The position numbers and the translations under genes are program-made. Positions 1 through 12,900 of a stretch of DNA of 64,000 nt are shown here, piece after piece. Under the pieces are notes generated by a model, which was given only the letters and a program-made list of their open reading frames with translations, was not told the DNA's origin and searched no databases. Positions within the stretch are counted from its first letter, which is position 1, and the number at the start of each line of letters is the position of its first letter. The stretch is from Saccostrea cucullata (Eukaryota): the NCBI RefSeq assembly GCF_032062105.1, contig NW_026935642.1, positions 186,001 through 250,000 on the forward strand. The letters are read 5' to 3'.

Positions 1-72
1 CAACTGTTAATGGTACATAACATACATTGAGTGTAGTGGGTGGTTTTTGAGGACTCTACTTTCTTTACCCAC

Positions 73-2593
73 CTGAGCAAACAGCAGAGTATAGAAGCTT
101 CCTCGACACGGGTAAATGATGAGGGGAAATGAGACAACAATGGACAGAACAAATAGAATCTGTATAATATCCACCACTAGAGTTTCTGAAAACTGGGTGA
201 TGACATCGCCACCAATTGTGGTATCACAGAACGCCACATACCCAAAGAAACCAACCTAAAAATTGAATTATTAATTTCAAGTAAAATTAAATGTTAAGTA
301 AAGTTTTCCTCTGGCCATATATTAGAGCTACCTTATTAAAAACGAATACTGTAAATCATTTTAATTTGTGGGGACAATGTGTCAAGAGCAAAAAAATACT
401 TCACTTGTTCAGTAGGATGTACTTTTGTGGATAACTTGCATTTACTGAAGATTTTATGAACTGACATGTTGATAAAAGTCATGGGTCACAGCATTGGGGA
501 TATAAATTTATGGATCAAGTGAAACATGAAATTCAAGAACATTGGTTCCCCTTACACAATGATGACTCTACAGTGTTTTTTATTTTTATTTTTTAAATTA
601 AAATAATCCTATTACCAGTAGGTAAGCTACAGTGCACATGTTGACAGCACTACCCACAATGGCACTGATCTCCTTCAGAGACGGCTCAGGGAGGGCATCA
701 TAGAGAATGAACAGCTGTCTGAAAATCAATAAAAAGTATAATACAGATACAAAACTAATCCACTAATCCTAGTAACTCAGGTAATGTATGTCTTACAAAT
801 GTTTCAATAATTGAATCTAGTTCAAAAGAAGAACATGTACAAAATCAATTTAATGCAATGATTCACTAACTCACGTAATGTATATTTTAAAAATGTTTCA
901 ATTAACAGTCCAGAGTTTCATTTCAGAATCTACGGATATGAAACAGAAATATTGAATCTAGTACATGTTCAAGAGGAGAAGGAGATAGGAATTGCTTTCA
1001 ATACACACGTTTGACATCCAAAAGCAAAGGAGAATATTGGCAAACATTTAAACAGGCCATCCACTCTCCAGAAGTTGACTTTTTCGTACCAGTTTCCAGC
1101 CTTCAGATTAGGAACAGACAATCCAACAACCTGTATTAAAGATACTACCACCTTATTTCATTGAATAAGAAACAGCTTATTTTTTTAATTTGTAGTAAAG
1201 AAAATAATTTTTAAATCAGTATTAATCACTAAATCTATTGTTGAAACCAAGAGCTTCTTTATAAAAAACATATAGATGTGTTGGGAGGGGGTGATACTTA
1301 CATAGAGGACAAACATGGAGTAGAAACAGATACAGAAGGTGCTGGCCCTACTGACAGTCTCCAGATTCCGGAGAAGACCCAGTGGCAGACCGATACAGGT
1401 ACAGGCCAACATTATCAGTGCTGTACGCAAGTTGTTCGTGTTCTACAAGTTAAATCATTTCAGTAGAATCACAATCAAGTATGAAAAATAACATAATTTA
1501 TCATCCCACATAGAAAAAATTCATTTGATAAATGTGTATTGTGTATAACTATATGGACTGAATTAGGTCAGTATTCATAAATACATGTACTGGTACATAC
1601 CGACAGTCCTGTCCACTTGGATATGATTGCTGGTCCTAGATCTCCTATAATCACCACCTGAGCCACGAGAGTTCCCATCTGGAGACCTATCATACTGATA
1701 TAAAGATCAAGAAACAAATGTTATATATTATATAATAAATCCAGAAAGGGCATAAAGGAAATATTGCAGGAATAGGAATAGTTAAGAAATACTTCTTAAA
1801 AATGTCTTTTTGTCAAAAAAAGATTATTAATGGGACAATTTACTACAGACCCACTTACCCCAGTTCTACAGCCAGCTTTCCTGGAGCTCCATGGGTATAC
1901 TGTGCTGTAATACAATAAAGAAAATTACATTTATGTATGAAATAATTTTTCATGTAACAAATATTTTGGGCCATGTATGGAATAAAAATATAGGACGGGT
2001 GTTCCTGAGGAATAAACCAATGGCAGACACTTATATGACTGGGCTTGGTGGAAAATATCATTTTGAATGATAAAACAAATAGTCCATCCTTTTTTGGGAA
2101 AGCTTGAGAAAAAAATGGCAGAAATCAAACCTAGGAATCCATAGGATCGCTTCCTGGAGGAAATCCCAGCAGTTATGAGGAGCCTGCAGGACATCAGGGT
2201 TAGCCATGTACAGAAAAACAGCATCAGTATTCCCAACACCACCCCACACTGTAAATAATTCCAATTTATTCATTGCGATTACAGGATGTGCATGTTATAC
2301 ATAACAAATAACTATATATAAATTGTAGTGCAACTCATACTCATTCAATGGTAGTGGTTTATACATAAGCAATAACTTGACACCTTTTCTTAATTAATTT
2401 AACGTCTCATGCTAGTAGACTACAAAAAGATAAACTGTAATTCAGAACATGAAAGAAAGACTCTTTAAATCATAAACTCTATGTAGAGATGATTGCTCAC
2501 CTGTTGGAAACAGAATGGCATGGCCAGGACAGTAACACCAATGATGCTGTTACTTAAGTTCAGCACATGCGGCCAATTGTAGTGTCCTGCCAT
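73..2593 (-). CDS. SLC38A10: Putative sodium-coupled neutral amino acid transporter 10, 5' part (gene continues beyond left edge)
   Basis: GT-AG exons 2593-2501, 2248-2131, 1904-1859, 1694-1601, 1442-1302, 1130-1009, 718-616 and 255-73 join in frame: [37 protein letters not shown]...RSYGFLAQYTHGAPGKLAVELG...LPIFSFAFGCQTQLF...GFFGYVAFC...SFPLIIYPCR. This matches the Aa_trans/SLC38A10 N-terminus. A 5'UTR acceptor lies at 2634. Confidence 0.9.
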
Positions 2594-2879
2594 TGTAACA
2601 ATGATTCTTCTGCGACTTTCTAAATTATTTCATCTGAAACAGAGATGATATATAATTATAACAGGAGCATATTTTGTGTGTGATAAATAAGCCAAAGGAC
2701 CTTCTTATTTTGAATAAGAAATTTTAACTAATAAACTATAATATATTTATATATAACTATAATATATTTGATAAATTTCATCTAGAGAAGGTTTTGTCAA
2801 CAAAAGGTTAAAGGAAAATTTACACAAAAAAATACGCAAATAATAGTAGGTCTATTCCCCTGTTTCCCCATCCTGTACA

Positions 2880-2995
2880 CATAAACATTTTAATCCCTGT
2901 TGAGATTCTGCCAGGCTAGATATTTGGACTGACGACGGCGTCAATCCAAATATCTAGCCTAGCAGAATCTCAACAGGGATTAATAAACGTTTATG
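2880..2995. repeat. ~115-bp near-perfect palindrome (hairpin/MITE-like)
   Basis: taatccctgttgagattctgccaggctagatatttgga...tccaaatatctagcctagcagaatctcaacagggatta. Confidence 0.85.
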
Positions 2996-3656
2996 AAGCG
3001 GTAACTGGAAAAACCCGAAACCCCCCGATTTTTGGAGAATACCCATACAGGAGGGGTGAAACCCCAATAAAGTGATGGAAACCCCATAAAATTTAATGTA
3101 ATGGGGTACTATAAGGCCTAAGGTGATGTTTAATTGAATGACATTGACATCCGTAAATTTTTATAGCCAATTTTACCTCAGAATCGACGGGTTTCTTGTC
3201 TTGATATACTGCACACCACGCCCGATCTAAATTCGCGATCGCTGAAGTCGTTTCGAGTAATCCGTGGAAATAATTACTGTAATCTTGATCAATATGAATA
3301 TTATATTATGTATGAATATTATTTTTTTAAAAATTATTTGTAAGGAAACCTTAAGAATATAAAAGAAGTATGAAATATTTATCATGTTGAAAGACATTAC
3401 AGTGCAATGTTTAATTGATTTTTTTTATGAATTTAACTAGTCCATAAGGCATTAATCAAGAAATAAAGTCATTTCTATAAATTCCAATCATTTATAACAT
3501 GTAATTAAATTAAATTAACTAATGAATGAATTTGTTAATTTATTTAATTTTTAATTAAGCTGTTTGTTTTGAAATGTTTTCTTCTATGTTTAATAATTAA
3601 TTTTTAAATTCAGTATTCATTCATTATTATTTTCCAGTTAATAATGTTTTGTTTTA

Positions 3657-3790
3657 NNNNNNNNNNNNNNNNNNNNNNNNNNNNNNNNNNNNNNNNNNNN
3701 NNNNNNNNNNNNNNNNNNNNNNNNNNNNNNNNNNNNNNNNNNNNNNNNNNNNNNNNNNNNNNNNNNNNNNNNNNNNNNNNNNNNNNNNNN
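3657..3790. other. Assembly gap (N run)
   Basis: 134 consecutive Ns. Confidence 1.
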
Positions 3791-4196
3791 AAAAAAATAT
3801 ACTCATTGATATGAGAAAGCAACATGTATCCATTACAATGAAATTATTAGAATCCAGGTCTATGAAATAAAAAACTATGATAAAAAAATAATAAAAATGT
3901 GCATGTTGCATATGTGAATCCTTGTACAGTTGGTATTGTAACATTATTGTGAGAATATTATTCACACCTCAGCTAGCTCTGTTGTTTTGTACTGGGATAG
4001 ACAGGCACCCCTGTGTGTGTACATGCACTATATACACAGCTGTTGACACTTGGTCAACTTGATAATAAACACCTTTTGTTTAAACACCTGTGTTCCCAGC
4101 TAGTCTGACCAACCCCCCTCTGGCAGGGCATGTGTATATACATTGAACCTTTACTATTCTCAATTGTACAGTTATGCTTTACAGAATTTCATTTTA

Positions 4197-5703
4197 AGGA
4201 CTTTAGCACACACATAAGGAAAATATGAATTTTTGATAATTTTGATAATTCATGACAAATTAATAAATAAAGACCTTTTAAATTAGTAATAACTGAAAAT
4301 ATTCACAGTTTCCTTATGTTCCCAGCTCTAGCCACGTGGAGGCCTCCTTAAGTGTAGAGCCATGATTTGAATTTTGAAACAAAAATATTAAAACCAAAGG
4401 ACCGAAAGATAAAAAATAAAAAAAAAACTTTAAAAAGATTTTTAAAAAACTTAAAGATACTGGATCATTATTCCTATTCAATCTTTTGTTCATATATAAA
4501 AATATTACAGCCAAATGAAAGATTAGTAATATACATGAAATAAAATACCATAATAAAAATTTTAGAGAAAGGAATTTATAATTTAATTAGCAACATTTAA
4601 AAAAACAATAACATTCCTAACCAAACCTAACCTAACCTAACACAACACAACACCAAACAGTATTCACTGGTCTGCACCCGTCTGGCGGGGGAGGAATACT
4701 GCCTGATACTAGCCCTACTCTAGAAAAAATAATAAATATACAATCTTAAAAACATTTTTGGTTTTGTTTTTTGGTTTAAGACTGACTGATTATTGGCCTC
4801 TGATCTACTGTATTTTAGATTTTTTTAAAGTTGTAGTCCTGTCCACTTTTTTACGTTTTTGTTGACCTATCTTTTTACCTAAGGTACGTGGTCTAACTAT
4901 AGTGGTAGTACCGTCAGTTGATGTAAGCGTAAAATTACATAAAATACCTGTGCTTGGAGATGATCAAATAATTTCAGTTATCTTTCAACCAGTTCAAACA
5001 GACATTTTTCATAGTTAAAATTCCATCAAAACTTCAGTTCTTTTATTTTGTTGTGTGGTTTTTTTTTCTTCTGTTTTTTTCTTTTATTTCATAAATGTTG
5101 TATAATTTAAAGACAATTCAAAATGTAAACAACTGATGTAAAAAAAAAAATTTTCTAAGAAAAGAACATAAAAAAGTTACTTTGAAATAAAATATCTAAT
5201 ATTTGAAAATTGATATATTATTTTAATTTACTATTTATTTCAGAATTCAGTATTTTCATCTTTTGACTTTGATTTATTTTTTGTTCTCTTTTTAACATAT
5301 ATTAAGTAATTATTATTTTTATTGTTGCTTTGAACCTTTGAATTTCAAATTTTTATATCCCTACATTCAGAATTTGTCTAAATCTCAAAAAATAAATTCA
5401 GTATTTTCATATTTTGAATTTTATTTATTTTTTTGTTCTCTTTGTAACAAATAAGTAATGAATTATAGTAATGAATTATCTTTACTATTTTTTTTTTTTT
5501 TTTTGTTAATGTTGCTTTGCAGCTTTTGGATATTTTCATATCTCTAAATTCAGATTTTCTCTAAAATATCCTAAATGAAATTTTTTTTTTTAAATTATAG
5601 CTCTACAAAAAGGAGGCCTCCACGTGGCTAGAGCTGGTAACATTGGGATAATATGAATAATAATTAATACACAAATTCATATTTTCTTAATGGCTAACGT
5701 CCT
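4197..5703. mobile_element. Non-autonomous TIR DNA element nested in the MULE-like element
   Basis: Inverted termini aggactttagc/gctaacgtcct flanked by TA; inverted subterminal block ccagctctagccacgtggaggcctcctt (4322-4349) / aaggaggcctccacgtggctagagctgg (5610-5637); internal (aacct)n. Confidence 0.65.
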
Positions 5704-5795
5704 TACATTTTTTGTTAAATACTTATTACATAATTAATATTTTACTATTATCATTGTAAAACAAATATAATTGTGGAAATTATTATGAATTATTT

Positions 5796-5798
<3 letters not shown>

Positions 5799-5829
<31 letters not shown>

Positions 5830-8800
5830 CTACTGATTCTGAAGATTAAGATTATTCTTATTATTTTTTTTTTTTCTTCCTAGACGCCAACTTTGAGGCC
5901 TCATATCTCACTCACTTCTCAATGGATTTTGTTCAAATTTTCAGACATTATAGATGGTAATAAATTCTATCAGAATGCTGTCGATAATTTCAAAAAGTCA
6001 CTTCCGGTTTTGAGTTATTTCCCTTTAAACGAAAAATTATAGGCTTTCATTTCCAGACAAAGGCTCAGAGACCACTATAGCTGGAGCAGAAATTTTACTG
6101 GTTTTAGATAACAGAAAGATTGAAGTTGTGCACATCGGTTTTTGTTTTTCGATTTCTCTATTCAAAATGGCGCTATACAGGGGTCAAAAAATAGAACGTC
6201 TAAAAGAGCGAAAATTTACACATGTTTTCCTTTTTATCTTGAAAACTAAAAATATTTTGTTAAGACATAATGAACAAAAGTTGTGCATAATTGCAAGAGC
6301 TTTCATATAATTCTATTCAAAAGGGGCTGGCCCCTATGATTAGGGATTTAGGGAGCTTGAAAGTTTTTGCTTTATAGCTCAAAAACGGTAAATATTTCGA
6401 TCTGGATTATACGAACAAAATTGTTCTTTGACATCTTTTTAATCTGATGAAAATGTTTTGTGTTCGATTATACCGGGGGTATTGCGTAATACGTAGTTGA
6501 AAGCAGGCCAGGTAAACAGGTAGTGTTTTTCATTCGGAAAGGAAATCAGACCTCTTCATGTGTATAATTTACATAAACTTCCTATCAGTAATAAATCCTA
6601 TGGTATTTAATGTTAATTTTCTTCTAAATAGGGCTAAATACGTGCTTTACGGTTCACTAATAAATTATTTATAACGATTAGTCTTTCTTTTTTATTTATT
6701 ATTAATTAGTTTTACAGTGAAAACGTCTTCATAAACGGAATATATTAAATCTATCTTTCTACATTGATAATTATAACAATTATAAGTTATTTTAACTTGA
6801 TGCATCGAATAATTCACGATCATTAGTTGTATACATTTGGCGATCTCCAAGATCGCCTGTAACAGTTATGTAATCAAGCGCGCAAATCCCACGCTGTCTA
6901 ACTAGGTCACTAGTGTACCAGCCACCTGTCGTAAACAATGCAAGTGTCTGTGATCGTGTTTAAAATCCATTGTGTACAAATACCTATCAATTTATAGAAA
7001 ATCATGTTTTTAATTTATCGAATCAATAATAATACTTCACCGATCTCTCATTTAATCGTAATTCGAAACACTGGTGCATAAATCATTTTTAATTGTGATC
7101 GCTTTCTTTGGACTGTTCACGCAGAATTATTTCTCTATTCCGTGTTAATGTATTTTATTTAAATTGTAATTGAAAAGGGGCTTCGGCAAATAATTATAAT
7201 TAGTGATGGAAGTCTTGTGATACGTAATGTACTATTATGTACGTTTTATTTTTACCATCACTCTTTTGTTTCTTCATTATTTTTTATCAATATTAATAAA
7301 CATTGAACGTTAAAAAATACTTTAAAATATACTATTATTCACGTTATAAACAGTTTACATCCAGCTTTGTCACTTTGTGTCTAAAATTTTGTAGCCCAGT
7401 CCTCATTTGCAAGCACGTGTCCGCAGATAGCAGCGGGTATGTCGATTTGAAAATCCGTTGTGTACTCCGATAGTTACAAATGGAAAATTGGGTTTGAAGT
7501 CATGTCGACTCCTTTCATATCATTCAATTTCACTCTATTTCAGCTTGTTTTAATCAATCGTAATCGCTTGTGCATTTATTCATTTCAAGTTTTATGCCTT
7601 TTGATAGCCGGAAAAAAAACACGAGCTAGGTTTACACCATTTTTTCCTGTATTTATCGAAGTGGTAATTGTTTTATGAATCTTAAACTACATGTACGTAA
7701 CACAAGTGAACTTGTGATGAAAATTTATTAAACGAAAATAAAGCAAGAAAAAGTTAAAAGTTAGTATTTTGCAAAATAAATCAAGTCAAGTCACATAAAA
7801 CAAAGACGAGTTGTAACGCTCACACACGGGCACACACACAAATGTTTTGGTAACTCGGAATAGTCCAGAGATAAACTATATTTTCTTGATGACGGAATGT
7901 CCAGTGCATCTAATTTTCACGTCCGGGATAGTCCACGGCGGATCTAAAACTGACTCTCTCACACAACATACGGGATTCACTCAAACTTCAATTAACACGT
8001 TTACGCAATTATCACACATACGAGTCGGACACTCTTTGAGGCAGAGGATTAATTGGCACTAATTCCTAAAATAAATATTGAGTGACAAATTATTTTTTGC
8101 TGTCTAAACATTAATTGCTAGATTATGATAAATGAATTTGAGCATATGTCAAAATTAAGCATTGAAAATAATTCTTTTTATAAAATTAAATTCTGTTTCA
8201 TTTTAAAATAATTTTTTTTAGAATTTACTCTGTGACATACGCATGCATGATAATTGTAAGTGGAGTTAACGTTTCTAATTCACAGGGGGAAATCCACCAT
8301 GAAATTAAGCACTTTTGAGTTTGCAGTTATTTGCTACTAAACTTAAAATGATATTGTACAGAATGGTATACTATTTCGTCCAATAAACAGAATATTTTAC
8401 ATGCCTTTACATGTACAATGTCAGTACGAATTTAATTGATGCAAAACATCAAATTGGCTGCAAAGCAATAAATTCTTTCGCATGCAAGGAATTCTAAGCT
8501 GAAATAGTTTTTCAATTCTATTCCCGGCTGATTTCAAAGCAAAATAAAAAAATAATTTTACCGCATTTGCTCATAAATAGATTTATCGATGTTAAAAAAA
8601 ACATGTTCATTGATGTATAAGAAGAATTTATTGTCATCAAAATGAAGGTGTAGGCCTGTCCGAGCCTCGATACCCTGGATCTTGATTACGTGATAATGCT
8701 CATGGTTTCTGCAGAGCAGGCTATGCTGCAAATCGCAGTGCAAAATTAAAAAAAAATATCTTCATGATCTTTGTGTCATTTGTAGATGTAGAGTAAGTTC

Positions 8801-10762
8801 AAAACAATTTTTACTAGAAGTTGAAAATCTCCTAATTTTTTTTTTTATTCACCATGCACTTTAACCACATCATCATTATCCTGAAAATCAAGAGATTTCT
8901 TTTCAAATCTTACACACTCTCAGGCTGTTGAGTATCTGATATAAACTCTTTTTTATGACCATAAATTATCGATGATCATGAGATATTAATGGCAATGAAA
9001 TTGAAATATATTTCAACATTTAATATCAAGTTTAAGCAAGATTTTAAAATATTTTACGCATGATTTTTACTTGTTATAATTTACGAATTATTTTATTGAA
9101 GTAATAAAAAAAAGAGTCTCATTTCCCCATGTGCACTCTCTAACACAATCACAAAAATATTATGAATATATGAACAGCGTATGAACAGCGTTATGAACAC
9201 AAGCTTGTAAACAAAATAAACGGCAATTCACAATCAAAGTACTCAGAAGTACTGAAAGCCGGGCTCATAATATGAACAAAGACCGTGGTGACAGTTTAAA
9301 ATCAATTTCAGACGTATAGAGGATATGTTACATACAAAAATATCTCAATGGCATGTATATTAAAATGTTTTAAAAATTAAATAAAATACAGCTAGAAATT
9401 AACAGCGTAAAATATTTATCACATGTATCGTTTCGGGGTTTTATATATACAAACAGAAGTAACTAATCACAGATGCAGCAAGATTAATGTCAAACGACTC
9501 TGCACTGATGTGTCCTCAGCGGAAAGTTTTACACCAAGTCATTAATGGTGTTCCCTGCATTTGTGTTAGCCTGATAGTACAACATTTATTTATAGAATAT
9601 GACGCAGACAGGGATACCTGGTGAAAACCTTTTGCACCTTTTAAATTGCTTTGTAAAATATTAGTCAAAGGAACCAGGAAAAATATTAAACAATTTAATA
9701 TTTTGATAAAAATATTCGATTTACTATTTCTTAAGGTGTTTGCATGGATTTTGTTTTCTCAACAGCGGCTGGGCGTACGCACTATATTTTTACTCGTAAA
9801 CTCAGTTTGGAGGTGAAGAAGCAGCATTTCCCATTGCTCACCGTTGCAATAGCCGGGCATTGCTCTACGAGCAATGAACCCGGCTAAAAAAGGAAAACCA
9901 GAAGAAAAAAGGTGTCTGTATAGATGAAAAACACAACTCATTAATTTGTTTTTGAACGACCCCATACGTTTCTTTCTTTCTCCCTTGCATTTCGACTATA
10001 CAGAAAAAAAGATCACTAGAACCTTTGTTTATATTAAAAGAAAGGTGTTGGACCTTCAAACGGCACTATATCCGAACAGCTATTATACAGCCTATCAAAT
10101 ATCACGGCGTCAATAAAAGAATTATTTAGATATTTCAAAAACTACTAATTTCATTCTAATAAAAGCCACGCAGCTGTATACAGACATTCCAAAATAATGT
10201 TTCATGGAGCGACAGGTTGTTAAATTCCTCTCATCACTATAAGTACCCCATCCCTTAAAATGAATAAAAATGTCCTTCCGCCTCTCCTTCTGTCACACTT
10301 TGCCTTTAGCTCAGTTCAAAGCTCAGTTTCAAACAAACTATCCAAGATAATTTTATCAATCTTTATATACTGAAAGAAATTAATTAGAGTCATGCAATTG
10401 CATTAAAATTTTTTTTAAACTAGACTTTATATACATGTTTATACCTCACTTTTCTTAAATTAGTGTTTAGCTCAGTTTTAAAAATACCATTTAAAATGGT
10501 GTTATCAAACTTCACATGTTGATGCATATTGATGAGAGCTATTTAATGGCATCACCGTTTTTGAACTTGGCCTTTCTTTCGACCTTGACCTAACTCTTTT
10601 TATCTCAATTTTAGCTCTAACGAGAGTTAGTTATTGCTTAGCACAAGGTCATTTGGAAAGATCAAGTATGTGGCTTTTGACCTCGACTCAAGGTTACGTC
10701 TTCTAGTTCGTAGCTCCAACGGAAGACCTATTCGTTGCTTTGCAACGAGCTCGGCTCTAGTA
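5799..10762 (+). mobile_element. Helentron/HINE-like non-autonomous element (~5 kb) nested in the MULE-like element
   Basis: 5' aggtcttccgtttccaacggaagacct inverted repeat; 3' repeat of ccaacggaagacct followed by stem-loop cgttgc-ttt-gcaacg and ctag; T-rich insertion site; no ORF. Confidence 0.7.
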
Positions 10763-11765
10763 TTATCTATACAATTATACTGAAAAACAGCTCGCTTCGA
10801 ATTTAGATCGGGCGTGGTGTACGGTAAACTCGTAATGGCGCCCAATTTCCGTCGATTCTGAGGTAAAATTGGCTATAAAAATTTACGGATGTCAATATCA
10901 TTCAATTAAACATCATCTTAGGCCTTATTGTACCCCATTACGTTCAATTTTATGGGGTTTCCACCACTTTATTGGGGTTTCACCCCTCCTGTATGGGTAT
11001 TCTCCAAAAATGGGGGGGTTTCGGGTTTTTCCAGTCACCCTTTATGAAGTTTGAACATATTATGAATCACACACAACTTACTCCAATTATTTTATCTATG
11101 TCTAAAATTCTCATCTGGAAAAGGCATTATTTTTCTCATATTCTACATAGCAATTTCTGTTTTTTTGTCATCCTACTCATAGTTTTAAAAATATCCTCAT
11201 CCTCAAAATATTCAGTGCAAGTGTGCAACGTGTGATGTAAACAAACTGATAGAATCCCGATCCCGACAATTACAGGAAGAACGAATGTTTTTATGTTTGA
11301 ATTAGCAAATAATAAGAGTATCACCGAAGCGTTTTAAAATATGGGTTTAAAACAGTGAAATAAATGCACATAACATACATTGAATGAATTTTGTTGTCAT
11401 GTTGTAGCACGAAATAATAGTAAGGAAAAATGAAGAAAATGTATGAAAAAAGGTAATAATTTGATTATCATTTCAGAAAACTGGCTTTGCTTTGTATGTA
11501 TATCTAGCATTAAGAGTTCTGTAGTTTTATTTGTTCATCAGATGTACATGAACATCCATTGCTAGCTTTCATTCATTGTTGTGTAGAAATTTCTTAGAAA
11601 TCTCAGCATTATCTTTTTTTGGTTCTAAAATTTTATTCCCTGAGCATTTGTTCTGAGTCCGTCCGTCCATGTGTAAACCAATGGGTCAATATTTCAGCCA
11701 AACTTGCCACAAAGCATCCTTACCCTGCATGATGATTCAAGCTTGTTTGTACTGTTGAATCTGCA

Positions 11766-12900
11766 TGTAACAGGAATGCAGAAAATGTATGACTGGACAA
11801 GGAATCGAACCTTGGACTTCTGTGTCACTAGCCAGGTGTTCTACTGACAGAGCTATCCAGACGGATATCTGAGGCCAGAACCATATTACCAGTCTTCACG
11901 AAAACTCACTGGTCCGAAGACCGAGGCCAGTGAATTTTGATGTCGGGTCAATGAAAATCAAAATTCAAGAAGTCCGATGGGCTTGTTGATTAATATGTTT
12001 TACGGTGTGACCGTTGGGGCGAGCGCAGTTGTACCATGAAAAACACTCTAAAAATTGATCAAGCCGCACGAGACATCTCGACTAGCTGTGACGTCACACG
12101 ACGTCACGGAGCTCGTCGGAGCTTACGGAGACAGCCGAGCGTCTGTTTGAAACTATAGACCTAGTGCAATTTTGGTTGAAAAACTTAATTTGTAGAGTTA
12201 TTTTTTGTTTCTTTGAAAGATTTCTACAAACTGATCTAGCCTTTATGCTTTACGTTATTATTTATTTATTTATTTATTTGCGCAAAGGACATTGGGTAGT
12301 GCAGGAATACTGGGAATGTTGCACAGAGAAATTTGGCTGAGGTATGTACAGATTTCAGTCCGAATTTCCTCTGTTCTTACACGTTAGTCTATTGAGCTTC
12401 GCGTTGCTAAAAATCATACACAGTCAATATATATTTTAACTGACTTACTTGCGTAAATTTCATTATTACATAAAAAAAAGAAGAAGCACGTGTTGTTGAA
12501 TCATATTATTAGAACCACATTATAACATGGATGTATTACGTAACAACCGCAACTAGCTAGTAACTATTAACTTGTACGTAAAATGTGCGAATTTCTAACA
12601 AACAACTGAAACGCGACAAAGAATGAAAAGTGGCGGCATTTCTTAAGTTGAAGTACGTAAACATGTATAAATTTACAGTTATGAAAATGTATTTATTATT
12701 TAATTAGGGGGCCAGTAAAAAATTTGGTGGGCCAGTAAATTTTGAAAGTTCACTGGTCCGACTGGCCAGTTAGTTTGAAAAGTTTTCGTGAAGACTGTAT
12801 TACATTCCTTCCTCCTTAAATGGTCGTCACTAGAAGTATAAGGCATGTCCTACTGACCCAGTCCAGGAAATGAGTGGTCTGGTCATGAAAAATATGTGTA
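11766..12900 (-). mobile_element. TRIM-like LTR containing a tRNA-like sequence, plus PPT/internal fragment; interrupted by a DNA transposon
   Basis: On the - strand the polypurine tract ttaaggaggaaggaa abuts TGTAA (12804). The A/B-box region ggatagctc...ggttcgattcc follows, and the unit ends ...cctgttaCA at 11766. Confidence 0.6.
11890..12797. mobile_element. Non-autonomous TIR DNA transposon (hAT-like CAG termini)
   Basis: TIR cagtcttcacgaaaact / agttttcgtgaagactg; direct repeat tattac on both sides; subterminal cactgg/ggccagt motifs. Confidence 0.75.

Larger units (their letters stand above)
2999..11040. mobile_element. Non-autonomous Mutator-like (MULE) element with ~245-bp TIRs and 9-bp TSD, carrying nested elements
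   Basis: 2999-~3244 is the reverse complement of ~10790-11040. An exact direct repeat, tttatgaag, lies at 2990-2998 and 11041-11049. No transposase ORF is visible. The superfamily is inferred from long TIRs plus a 9-bp TSD. Confidence 0.8.

Noticed and set aside
2999-11040. Inverted repeats as a simple promoter duplication or mis-assembly around the N gap
   Set aside because: An exact 9-bp flanking direct repeat and scattered mismatches between the arms favour a transposon with TIRs.
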